A stretch of DNA of 64,000 nucleotides. Origin: Spirochaetia bacterium. Lineage in GTDB: Bacteria; Spirochaetota; Spirochaetia; UBA9216. The position numbers and the translations under genes were made by a program. The stretch lies in assembly GCA_965140585.1 (NCBI GenBank), contig OZ223272.1, positions 96,001 to 160,000 of the forward strand, given 5' to 3'. The notes under the pieces were generated by a model. That model did no database searches, was not told where the DNA came from, and saw only the letters and a list, made by a program, of their open reading frames with translations. Below, one piece after another: positions 28,934-37,893 of the stretch; position 1 is the first letter of the stretch; each line of letters starts with the position of its first letter.

Positions 28934-29974
28934 ATGGAGTTTATATATAACCAGGCAATTGATTTCATTTGTGCTGTTCTGCATTATGCACTCCGGAATG
29001 AAACCGCTGAAAAGAAAACATTCCTGGGTTTGAAAGGAATAGAATCTGTGCAGGAATGGATTGATATAACAGAGAAGAATATTTCACCTTTTCTTGAGAG
29101 TGATATTGAATTACTTGTGAAAAAAATACCTCAGACAAGCTGGCTTCTTATTGAAACTGTAATATCCAATGAAGGTTGCAGCACAGCAGCCGGGTTCCTG
29201 GATATTCTGAACAGCCTCACACCAGAGTATATACAGACCAGGATAAAAAACATTTTAAATCTTCCTCAGGACAAAGTAGTTTCGTATGAGAATATTTTAG
29301 CAATTCTGCCGGAGATTTCATCTTCAGAGAACTCACCTGAGGAAACTGCCAGACTCATCTCATCATTCCTCACTACTCCCGCAGACTTTCTCAAACGTCT
29401 TAAAAATCTGTATAAAATCTTCTATTCAGATTTCTACAGTCAGACAGAGATTAACAATAATGAGCAGATTAAAAGTCTTTTCATTTGGCATAAAGAAAGA
29501 TTTGAACAGGATGAAATCTCATATCTTAACGGTGCAACAAGGGAGCTCTTCAACAATTTCTTTGAGACTAAACAGGGGTTAAACTGTATCTATTTCTCAT
29601 TCTTTCTGGATACAAGTTCGTATCTTTCGACAGATATGCCCATGGTGATAATCGGAGCGGGAACAAAGGACATATTGAATAATCAATCCGACAACAGAAA
29701 AACAGACATACTGTTTTCTGTTCTTGGAGACAGCAAAAGACTTGAAATTCTGCGACTCGTTTCAATAAGACCCTGGTTCAGCAATGAACTGGCAACTCAT
29801 TTCAGAATAACCCCGGCGACAATGTCATATCATCTAAACAAAATGGTGTCATCGAGAATATTGAGTATAAAACCGGGTAGCGGCAGGCGCTATTACTATA
29901 TTGTTAATAAGCAAGAACTTGCCCGCTATCTTCAGGCTGCGAGCAGGGAACTTCTAAACACTGTATCAGTGTAA
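28934..29974 (+). CDS. ArsR/SmtB-family regulator with C-terminal HTH and long N-terminal domain
   Basis: FSVLGDSKRLEILRLV...ELATHFRITPATMSYHLNKM at the C-terminus. Confidence 0.8.
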   Translation: MEFIYNQAIDFICAVLHYALRNETAEKKTFLGLKGIESVQEWIDITEKNISPFLESDIELLVKKIPQTSWLLIETVISNEGCSTAAGFLDILNSLTPEYIQTRIKNILNLPQDKVVSYENILAILPEISSSENSPEETARLISSFLTTPADFLKRLKNLYKIFYSDFYSQTEINNNEQIKSLFIWHKERFEQDEISYLNGATRELFNNFFETKQGLNCIYFSFFLDTSSYLSTDMPMVIIGAGTKDILNNQSDNRKTDILFSVLGDSKRLEILRLVSIRPWFSNELATHFRITPATMSYHLNKMVSSRILSIKPGSGRRYYYIVNKQELARYLQAASRELLNTVSV

Positions 29975-29976
29975 AT

Positions 29977-31167
29977 TTACTTTATGATCATGTTGCGGCC
30001 ATTTTCTTTTGCGTAGTACAGCAGGTTATCTGCACGCTTAATCATCCGGTCAAAATCTTCACCGAAATTTTCCACTACACCGCCGCTCACGGTAACACAG
30101 AAGACATCATTGAAGTCCCAGCACATACATTCAATATTCTCTTTTATCCTGTTTGAAATAATGTAGGCATTTGCAAGATCCGTTTCCGGAAAGATCATCA
30201 GAAATTCTTCTCCCCCATACCTGCCGAAATAGTAGGACTCCCGCAGAGCCTCCTTAACTCTTTTAGAAATTTCAACAAGCACCTTATCTCCTGCTGGATG
30301 GCCGTATTTATCGTTTATATCCTTAAAAAATCTATATCAAACATTAATACTGATAATTTACTTTCGTAGCGGGTCGATCTGACAATCTCCTTTACCAAGG
30401 TATCTGAGATATATTTTCTGTTGTATATCCGGGTCAATCCGTCGATAATTGCCATCTGATGCAGAGTTAAAAGGGCTTCTTCGGCCGCATCTTCCTTAAT
30501 CTTCAAATCATCAATCATTGTATTAAGATAATTTGTTAGTTCGCCGAACCCGGTACCGTATTCAACTTCGATCTTTCCGGTTTCCCTGAAATTCCAGCTT
30601 TATATTATCTTTCCAACCGAATTGGACAGCTCAAGAATGCTGGAGCTTGTTCCATGCTCGGCAATATTCAGGACTATCTCCTTAAATGCCGGAGATACCC
30701 TCAGCGGAGAAAATCTGTTTATTATTTTCATCAGGAGGAGCGTTACCCCAGGCCCTGTGAACGAAAACCGGATATATAAATGCTGAAGTAAGAAAAGACA
30801 TCAGGTATGTGCTGAATTTCGAATACTCAGCTACCGCTCCTGAATCAATCGCAGCTGTTGTTCCGACAAAAACTGCCTGAAAAACAAAAAAGGCGGCCTT
30901 CCAGTTATCCATTTCAAAAATTCACAAAGAAGTCGCTTATACCTATGATTCCGTGAAATGATTCACCGAACATTAGCCGGAACCTATAAACCAGAAAGCC
31001 GCAACCGAAACAATAAAATCAGACATATTCTTGATTGCAACGTTAATTGACTTCATTGCCCGTGTAAGACCTGTCTCAAGAGCCATAAAGCCCGGCTGCA
31101 TCAGAAGAACAGGCCTGGCCGAGATAATAACCCAGAGAACATCACTCATGTTCTTCAACAGTATCAT
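29977..31167 (-). pseudogene. Decayed ammonium transporter (Amt) - HAMP-like - GGDEF diguanylate cyclase fusion
   Basis: Amt N-terminus (MQPGFMALETGLTR...NVAIKN), FFVFQAVFVGTTAAIDSGAVAE, IYPVF.H.AWG; jumps to the Amt C-terminus (PLRVSP...LNIAEHG); in-frame stop; GGDEF domain (DGLTRIYNR, DIDF, frameshift, INDKYGHPAGD, GRYGGEEF). Confidence 0.85.
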
Positions 31168-31297
31168 CCATAATCAGTATTTACTAATTTCTAGAAAAAT
31201 ATACCATTCCGACATTATTGTCGAACAGCTCATTTTTTAATACTATTTCGTATGATTTTTCTTGCTCACGACAGTTGTTCTGCATTATGATCTTAAT

Positions 31298-31558
31298 ATG
31301 GAAAGAGAAAAACTTCAAAAATACATTGAGGAACTCAGGGCAGAGCTAGAAAAACTGCAGGACAGCGATACCGAAGCCTCCTCACGCCTGAATACTCTAT
31401 TGAAAAATATCGAAACTTCCGTCGAAAACGATTTTCCGCATTCTGCGGAGATAGGAACATCCGTGCAGGATAACCTCAAATACTTTGAAGCGACCCACCC
31501 TGTTATCACCGAGGCACTTAACCGCATAGCGACCTTATTCAGCAATATGGGAATCTAA
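31298..31558 (+). CDS. DUF4404-like small helical protein
   Basis: L..L..EL...FEATHPVIT..LNRIATLFSNMGI C-terminal pattern. Confidence 0.75.
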   Translation: MEREKLQKYIEELRAELEKLQDSDTEASSRLNTLLKNIETSVENDFPHSAEIGTSVQDNLKYFEATHPVITEALNRIATLFSNMGI

Positions 31559-31686
31559 GTTCGTATCACTTCTTAATTTTTAATACCCCTTAAATAAAGA
31601 TAATAAAATATCTTAATACTATTGACACAATTCTGTTTAGGTATTATTTTATCGATATATTAAGACCGGTTATTGAGAGGTATAAA

Positions 31687-32211
31687 ATGACTCAGAAAAT
31701 AAACCAAGCAAAACTCATGGAATTCATGCTGACAGAAGAAGGCCTGCACTTTGAATCAAATGAAGACTGGAACGTAATAGCCGAGCACGTGAACGTTCAT
31801 CATCAGTTTCTGATTGAACAGCTGGGCGGATATGTAACTTACAGCCAGGCACTTTACTCCTGGTATGAGAACATCTACGAGGCGCTGAAACTCGGTATTG
31901 AAATCAGCAACCTCAATTTGAAGTTTAATAAAATGAGCTCAGGCGAACTTTACATTGCTGTTTCTGATCACTGGTACAACCTTAAAGTAAACAACCCAGA
32001 AATTAACGCTGTTGAGGCTGTAAAAGATTATGCAGCTCTGAACAAGCCCGAAAAAAGAAGTATTATCCGCAATATTATTGAAAATACTGCAGAAATGTAT
32101 TCAATACCCAGAAACACCTTTGCGGATGTATTTATTACAGCGGTTTACGGAAATCTCACCGTAAAGCCAAAGACCAAAAGAACATTCACCGGAAGAAAAC
32201 GCGCTGCTTAA
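31687..32211 (+). CDS. Hypothetical protein with DUF4032-like domain
   Basis: EHVNVHH, ALYSWYENIY, ELYIAVSDHWYNLK, AVKDY; TTGACA promoter and GAGAGG RBS. Confidence 0.6.
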   Translation: MTQKINQAKLMEFMLTEEGLHFESNEDWNVIAEHVNVHHQFLIEQLGGYVTYSQALYSWYENIYEALKLGIEISNLNLKFNKMSSGELYIAVSDHWYNLKVNNPEINAVEAVKDYAALNKPEKRSIIRNIIENTAEMYSIPRNTFADVFITAVYGNLTVKPKTKRTFTGRKRAA

Positions 32212-32273
32212 TACTGACTACTTGAAAATATAAAGGGTGGTTCTAAGCTGAAGATTTATATTATATTTAAGCT

Positions 32274-32879
32274 ATGAGCAATGAAAACGGAAACAGAAAG
32301 ATTCTGACGGCAATCACAGGAGCCAGCGGCTCAATATATGCACTCAGACTTTTAGAGGAACTGTGGAAAGCCGGATGTGATATTCACCTCGTGTTCTCAG
32401 AAACCGGAGCAGATGTCTTCAAGTTCGAAACAGATATTGATGCTGCAGATATAATCGGGTGGATTGAAAATATTAGTTCGCAGGGCTCTCCGGCCATATC
32501 AGTGCACGATAATAAAAACCTCTTCGCAGGCCCTGCAAGCGGATCATTTGGAATAGAATCGATGGTGATAGTTCCATGCAGCATGTCCACACTCGGATCG
32601 GTTGCAAACGGAACTCTTCAGACGCTTATCGGCAGGGCGGCAGATGTCTGCCTGAAGGAAAAACGGCAGCTCATCACCGTGCCGAGAGAAACTCCATACA
32701 ACCGAATCCACATGAAGAATATGCTGGCACTCGATGAGGCCGGCGCAACTATTCTGCCTGCATCCCCCGGTTTCTACACCCAGCCCCGCACTCTCATTGA
32801 TGCAGTCAATTTTGTAACAGCCAGAATCCTGGACCACCTAGGCATCGAAAACAGCCTGAGCAAACGCTGGGGAGAGTAA
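32274..32879 (+). CDS. ubiX: Flavin prenyltransferase UbiX
   Basis: AITGASGSIY, ASGS, VPCSMSTL, RAADVCLKEKR.L..VPRETP, PASPGFY. Confidence 0.95.
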   Translation: MSNENGNRKILTAITGASGSIYALRLLEELWKAGCDIHLVFSETGADVFKFETDIDAADIIGWIENISSQGSPAISVHDNKNLFAGPASGSFGIESMVIVPCSMSTLGSVANGTLQTLIGRAADVCLKEKRQLITVPRETPYNRIHMKNMLALDEAGATILPASPGFYTQPRTLIDAVNFVTARILDHLGIENSLSKRWGE

Positions 32880-32965
32880 CCGCCTGTTTTTCAGAGCACA
32901 GATTTTTTTACTTGAATATGATTCTAACGGCATGAATTATCTCATGATGCGGCGGCACAGACTTA

Positions 32966-33510
32966 ACCAATGTAACTTTCAATTCAGCTTCGAATGCCGG
33001 AAAGATTTCCGGACGGATAACTCAGAAAACTACGGAATCTAAAAGCTCAATCAGCGAACTCGATGCTGTGTAAGCAGTCTTGGAACAAGACTTACAGTTC
33101 TCACACCTATATCATTTACTCTGCCTCCGGGCTTCCCCCTTCTTGCAGGAATGATAGGTACCGGAAAGGGTGAGAAATTATGGGATATTCCATTTCAGAC
33201 AGCCTATAATTACAATGATGCAGATAGTCTGGAAGACACAATGAATGTCGATTTTGTAGCTGATGTTCCATCTATGATTACAGCCGAGACCTGGCTTGGC
33301 GTCAATGATTCATTAGAATTGAAGATTGATCCAGGCGAGATTGAAACATCATCTTTTACAGGAATCGAGACATTTAACCTCACATTAGAACCCTATATTA
33401 CAGTGGATGTTCCAGGTTACACAGTCGACGAATGGTCGGATATTGAAGAAACAGATATCAGTACAGGAGACCCTACCGGTAGATATTCTATCCAATTGAT
33501 TCTGGGATAA
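32966..33510 (+). pseudogene. Probable remnant of an exported acidic protein gene (frameshifted, 5' end lost)
   Basis: ORF 33151-33510 extends upstream without a start (SSLGTRLTVLTPISFTLPPG); an adjacent frame gives TNVTFNSASNAGKISGRITQKTTESKSSISELDA before a stop at ~33071. Confidence 0.4.
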
Positions 33511-33550
33511 ATTCAGTCTCACAGCAGAATAGATATCAGCCAATACATAC

Positions 33551-33574
33551 GGCCGGAAACATTCACTTCCGGCC
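33551..33574. terminator. Hairpin between convergent genes
   Basis: GGCCGGAA-loop-TTCCGGCC. Confidence 0.55.
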
Positions 33575-33583
33575 ATATTTACT

Positions 33584-34207
33584 CTATTTGCACTGAAACC
33601 TCAGAACCGTTTTAAGCTTGGCAGGCTCCGTCTTCCGTGCATCTGACAGATATATCTCACGGTGATTCTTTGACAGCCGTTCAACACCAATGCTTTCAGC
33701 ATACTCTTCCATCATAGCAAAGCTTTCCGGTTCATCATCATAGGGACCATTGTGCAGCATCTGAATGCATTGCCCTTCTGCCAGAGTTTGGAAATCTGCC
33801 TTATCCAGAAGTTCATGAGGCTTGTTTTTCTTTACACGTTCTATCGTTTCCAGAGCATACTCATCAGTCACAAAATCAGGTTGACGAATCATCAGGGTAA
33901 AAGCCAGCTGATCCTTATCCAGACTTCCGCTATAATCGGCAATGCCCTTCTCAGTCAGGCTCCACACCCCCTCAAGCGGATAAACTGTATATTCGAAATA
34001 TCCCTCCGGCGCTAACCCCTTCTTCGGACTCATCCGGACAGCATATGACAGCGAGTAAAGAACACCGATATATTCACCGAAAGCCGCATCATTGGGGTTT
34101 CCTTCCCCGCTGACAGTGAAAAATTTCATTTCGGGGATTTCAATAATTTCCGGTTTATTTTTAGGAAGGTAAAACTGCTTTTCCTGTTTTTTCCATTCAT
34201 GTTTCAT
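33584..34207 (-). CDS. GyrI-like small-molecule-binding domain protein
   Basis: GEGNPN, VYPLEGVW, MIRQPDFVT, EGQCIQMLH.GPYDDE, HREIYLSDARKT.P.KLKTVLR. Confidence 0.88.
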   Translation of the reverse strand: MKHEWKKQEKQFYLPKNKPEIIEIPEMKFFTVSGEGNPNDAAFGEYIGVLYSLSYAVRMSPKKGLAPEGYFEYTVYPLEGVWSLTEKGIADYSGSLDKDQLAFTLMIRQPDFVTDEYALETIERVKKNKPHELLDKADFQTLAEGQCIQMLHNGPYDDEPESFAMMEEYAESIGVERLSKNHREIYLSDARKTEPAKLKTVLRFQCK

Positions 34208-34245
34208 ATTTTTCACTCCTGTTAAAACGAGGATAATACAGTATA

Positions 34246-34265
34246 TACGACAGCACTATGTCATA
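34246..34265. promoter_or_regulatory. Palindromic operator upstream of the GyrI-like gene
   Basis: TACGACA-gcacta-TGTCATA. Confidence 0.5.
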
Positions 34266-34286
34266 GTTAAAAATTATTATTGTTTT

Positions 34287-34946
34287 TTATAACTCATCAT
34301 GTTCGAGAAAGGAATAATAGCCCTTAGTATTAAAGATGATATGATCAAGAAAATTAAGCCTTAACATATCAGATGCATTCTGAAGCATTCTGGTGACTCT
34401 AAAATCTTCATCACTTGGTAAAATTTCACCTTGCGGATGATTATGTGCAACAATTATGGCAGAAGCCCTTTCAGATAAGACATCAGCAAAAACTTCCCTG
34501 GGATGTACTTGCGTTTTGTTAACAAGGCCAATGGTGACAACACGAATACTCATTACTTCATGAGCCCCATTTATGGAAACACAAAGAAAATGTTCCTGTT
34601 TTCTGTCGGAGTAATGCTGTATTAAAGGCAGAACATCTGCCGGGAACTTAATTTTCAAACCTTCAGGTTTAATTCGTCTTCTTACAAACTCAAAAGCTGC
34701 ATCTATTGTTGCAGCCTTCGCAGAACCAATACCATTAACATCAATTATATCATTAGCCGAAAAAGAAAGTCCTTTTTCATCGATAATTTTAACGATTTTA
34801 CTGGATAATGATAGAACATCCTCATTTTTCGATCCCTTACCAAGAATAATTGCAAGTAATTCCTGGTCTGATAATGATGATGAGCCGCTATGAAGAAGTT
34901 TTTCTCTGGGACGATCGGCAAGTGGAATATCTTTTATTCGTTTCAT
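34287..34946 (-). CDS. radC: RadC-family JAB/MPN domain protein (full length)
   Basis: DRPREKL, LSDQELLAIIL, GIGSAKA, QEHF, VHPREVF, AHNHPQG..PS.ED, LDHII. Confidence 0.92.
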   Translation of the reverse strand: MKRIKDIPLADRPREKLLHSGSSSLSDQELLAIILGKGSKNEDVLSLSSKIVKIIDEKGLSFSANDIIDVNGIGSAKAATIDAAFEFVRRRIKPEGLKIKFPADVLPLIQHYSDRKQEHFLCVSINGAHEVMSIRVVTIGLVNKTQVHPREVFADVLSERASAIIVAHNHPQGEILPSDEDFRVTRMLQNASDMLRLNFLDHIIFNTKGYYSFLEHDEL

Positions 34947-34947
34947 T

Positions 34948-35967
34948 TCAGGAGGAGATTTTTTCAGGAATAAAGATTATATCTTTGCTGCTGTAGACTT
35001 CCACCACCTGTCCTGATAGATAGGAATCATCAAATATTACAAAATTATCACCTGAGCCAAGAGAACTTTTAAAGATAATCCCGTCATACCCGTTATCTTT
35101 GATTAATTCGCAGAGGTATTGTGTAGGTAAGTACTCAAAATCTTTCATATAAGGAAGAACCGGGATAGAAAGTGCTACACTAAGGTGATTAAGAAATGGA
35201 ATAAACTCAGTATAAATCATAGATAAATCATCATGCACGAATGGAGAAATGCTTTTTCCAGGGTTTCTTAAATCAATCATTTTTAAATTATTATCAAGAG
35301 AAAAAGAAGCTACATATACAATTTCGCTCTTATACGGTCTGGTCTCTGAAATAGCAGTAGTTACATCACTTGCACCATAGAAATATGAGATGCCCTTCGG
35401 GTTTGCCCTCCCATCTGGGGCTTTTCCTTCAGGAGGTTTTCCCATCTTATCTATCGAGTATGGACTACCATCGCCTTTCAACCTGGCTCTATAAATATAA
35501 TCAGGAATACAACTCTTATCTAATTCCAAATACCCGATAAGCAGTATTAATTGTTCCTGCTCTATTTTCTTCTGAGGGAAGAAGCGATTCCGATGCCGTA
35601 ATTCCCTGGAAAACTCTTCCCAATTTTTAATAAATTGACTTTCGACATTTTCAGGGGCTTTTACTTTCAATTGAATCAGGTTTTCATCATCCATTATACT
35701 GGTTAATAATTGCTCAACAACAGTACTATCTAAAGATTCATTAAAGATATGCCAGTCTTCCTGAAGTAAACCTGCAAGAGGAAGGCCGTCCTCTGAAACT
35801 TGATAAAAATCAATGACGGGTAGAAACAGATCCATCAATTCAACTGCATTTATAAATGAAACTGAGGCTGTACTATTGCAAAAAGAGCATGTGCCCCTGT
35901 TAGTCGAAAAGGTTTCGATATGTCTTTTGATAAAACTATCGTTAAAACAATCAGGACAGCATAACAC
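34948..35967 (-). CDS. RES domain protein (NAD+ phosphorylase/ART-fold) with N-terminal CxxC...CxxC
   Basis: CPDC...CSFC; IYRAR, GRANPKGISYFY, TAISETRP, EYLPTQYLCELIK, GYDGIIFKSS. Confidence 0.88.
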   Translation of the reverse strand: MLCCPDCFNDSFIKRHIETFSTNRGTCSFCNSTASVSFINAVELMDLFLPVIDFYQVSEDGLPLAGLLQEDWHIFNESLDSTVVEQLLTSIMDDENLIQLKVKAPENVESQFIKNWEEFSRELRHRNRFFPQKKIEQEQLILLIGYLELDKSCIPDYIYRARLKGDGSPYSIDKMGKPPEGKAPDGRANPKGISYFYGASDVTTAISETRPYKSEIVYVASFSLDNNLKMIDLRNPGKSISPFVHDDLSMIYTEFIPFLNHLSVALSIPVLPYMKDFEYLPTQYLCELIKDNGYDGIIFKSSLGSGDNFVIFDDSYLSGQVVEVYSSKDIIFIPEKISS

Positions 35968-35968
35968 C

Positions 35969-36922
35969 TTAGTTTATTCCCCTTAGATATTCAGCAACCA
36001 GTTCAACATGGTGCTGCATCGAAAGCTTTTTTACATATCCTAAACCTGGGAAATGTTTATGTTCGAAAAGTTTGAGATATTCACCAAGAGCCCTGGATTT
36101 AAAAATCTTTGAATCAGGTCTGTAAACTTCATCAACCAGTTTCTGCAGGGCTTCAAGAAACTTACCGCCGGGATTGGTGGGAGAATCGGTCTGATCTGAT
36201 ATGAAATGATAAATAAACATGTCATCATCCTTATCATCATCAATATAAGTCAGATGAATTGCCACAGCATAGGCGGGTCCTCCGGAATCACGGAATTCAT
36301 CTCCCACAATCAGAAAATCACCGAAGCCATCCATCCCTTCATCCGGAAAAGTAATGTGCAGATCAGAGAAATGCTCGAACGGAGGATACTGGGAGTTTTT
36401 CTTCTGTATACGAAACCCGTCCCGAATGAGAATTCGCTGTACACCTTCCTGTTTAAACTGTCTCTGATAAAGCTTGCTTGTCTGTTCCTCAATAAAAACA
36501 TGTCTCTTGATACTCATATTCCCATCAACGACTTTTACCAAATCCTTACCGTTGGTATAACCGTAATGGATTAATGATACATTGCGGTGCTGTTTACCCT
36601 CAAGAAATCCAGTTAGTTCATCTAATTCTGATCCGGCATGTAAAACAAAACCAAGTGATGTAACTTTATTATCCTTCATAATTTCATCAAGTAAATCATC
36701 GGGAATAATCTCATGGGAGCTGTAATCGCCAACCTGCGGATTAACTACAAGTGTATGCACAACTCCATTTTTTACCAACTCGGATACGGCTTTTAACAAG
36801 GCCGTCGAACTGAACTTTACAGGTTCGATTATGGGATGTATGTAATTTTCCTTAAAAAAAGCAGCATTACCCCGAAGCAGAATCAGCTCATTCTGCTTTC
36901 CTCTTAGAAACGGATAGTACAT
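35969..36922 (-). CDS. sce7725-family protein (beta-protein-like)
   Basis: MYYPFLRGKQNEL, PIIEPV, DGFRIQKKN..YP, GFGDFLIVG, GGPAYAVAIH, HFPGLG.VKKLSMQHH. Confidence 0.85.
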   Translation of the reverse strand: MYYPFLRGKQNELILLRGNAAFFKENYIHPIIEPVKFSSTALLKAVSELVKNGVVHTLVVNPQVGDYSSHEIIPDDLLDEIMKDNKVTSLGFVLHAGSELDELTGFLEGKQHRNVSLIHYGYTNGKDLVKVVDGNMSIKRHVFIEEQTSKLYQRQFKQEGVQRILIRDGFRIQKKNSQYPPFEHFSDLHITFPDEGMDGFGDFLIVGDEFRDSGGPAYAVAIHLTYIDDDKDDDMFIYHFISDQTDSPTNPGGKFLEALQKLVDEVYRPDSKIFKSRALGEYLKLFEHKHFPGLGYVKKLSMQHHVELVAEYLRGIN

Positions 36923-36932
36923 TAATTACTCC

Positions 36933-37826
36933 CTATTCTGATATAACAATTTTTCTTACCTCTGCATCATATTTATCTGATAAAGCATTCAGCTTTTGTA
37001 AATTACCTGCATTATTAATAATATAAGCATACAAAGATTCCGGAGCTCTATTCAGTAAGGTTTCAATTGCAGATTTCTTATCACGATTTTTAAGAACATC
37101 AAAGGTTTTGTCATGGATGATTTCAGGATCCTGACGGCAGAACATTGCCCTGCATTCATCGAATATCCGGGTATTGGGAACATCAGGAACGTAGCCGTAA
37201 ATACTTTTTATAACTTCAAGATACTCATTCTTTCTTAAAGAATTGAACAGAAATTCGGGTCTAACATTATGTTTATTGGAGATAGATATTTTATGGATTT
37301 GAATCGTACAATCATCTGAAATACATAATATTCCAACATGAGCGGGCAATTTCCCATCCAGTTGCTCAGTCTGAGCCTGTGAGGTAACAACATATATATT
37401 ATCAAAAACATTACCATAGGCTTCAATCTGATCATCAAGCCGCCTGAAAGAATCAAACTGCGATTTAATTTCGTAGACAGTTGAAGTACCGTTTAAAATA
37501 ACAACATCAGCCCGGCGCTTTCCTACACGGAATTCGTTAAGCATCCAAGAGTTCTGAAGTGAATGTCTTTTTAATAGCAGTTCCCTGGTAATTTCATTTT
37601 TATAAAGATATTCATTTCGGTAATTCAATGAAAGAAGGCTATAAATATCGTTTAGAAATGAACGAAACGACTGTGAAAGATCGATTCTATTTATCAGATT
37701 GCTGTTTTGAAGCACTTCATACAGATAATCGGAGAATCCATTCTCAGCTATCTTATCAAGAACAAGGGGAGTAAAAATTCGGCTTAGCGGGTTTAAATAA
37801 CAGGGATCAACGACTAAATCAGACAA
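36933..37826 (-). CDS. sce7726-family protein, PD-(D/E)XK nuclease-like
   Basis: YRNEYLYKNEI, EFRVGKRRADVVILNG...YEIKS..D...RL..Q...Y..VFD; TTG start with AAGGAGG RBS. Confidence 0.85.
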   Translation of the reverse strand: MSDLVVDPCYLNPLSRIFTPLVLDKIAENGFSDYLYEVLQNSNLINRIDLSQSFRSFLNDIYSLLSLNYRNEYLYKNEITRELLLKRHSLQNSWMLNEFRVGKRRADVVILNGTSTVYEIKSQFDSFRRLDDQIEAYGNVFDNIYVVTSQAQTEQLDGKLPAHVGILCISDDCTIQIHKISISNKHNVRPEFLFNSLRKNEYLEVIKSIYGYVPDVPNTRIFDECRAMFCRQDPEIIHDKTFDVLKNRDKKSAIETLLNRAPESLYAYIINNAGNLQKLNALSDKYDAEVRKIVISE

Positions 37827-37893
37827 TTACCGGCCTCCTTTTGTTCAATGATAATTACGATGCTGTTCTTTATTTAAATTATACCATCACTAA

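Noticed and set aside
29977-30282. Stand-alone 101-aa GGDEF protein
   Set aside because: It is the 3' fragment of the frameshifted Amt-GGDEF pseudogene.
34287-34946. radC as evidence of a DNA-repair locus or prophage
   Set aside because: A repair role for RadC is unsupported, and there are no phage structural, replication or integrase genes.
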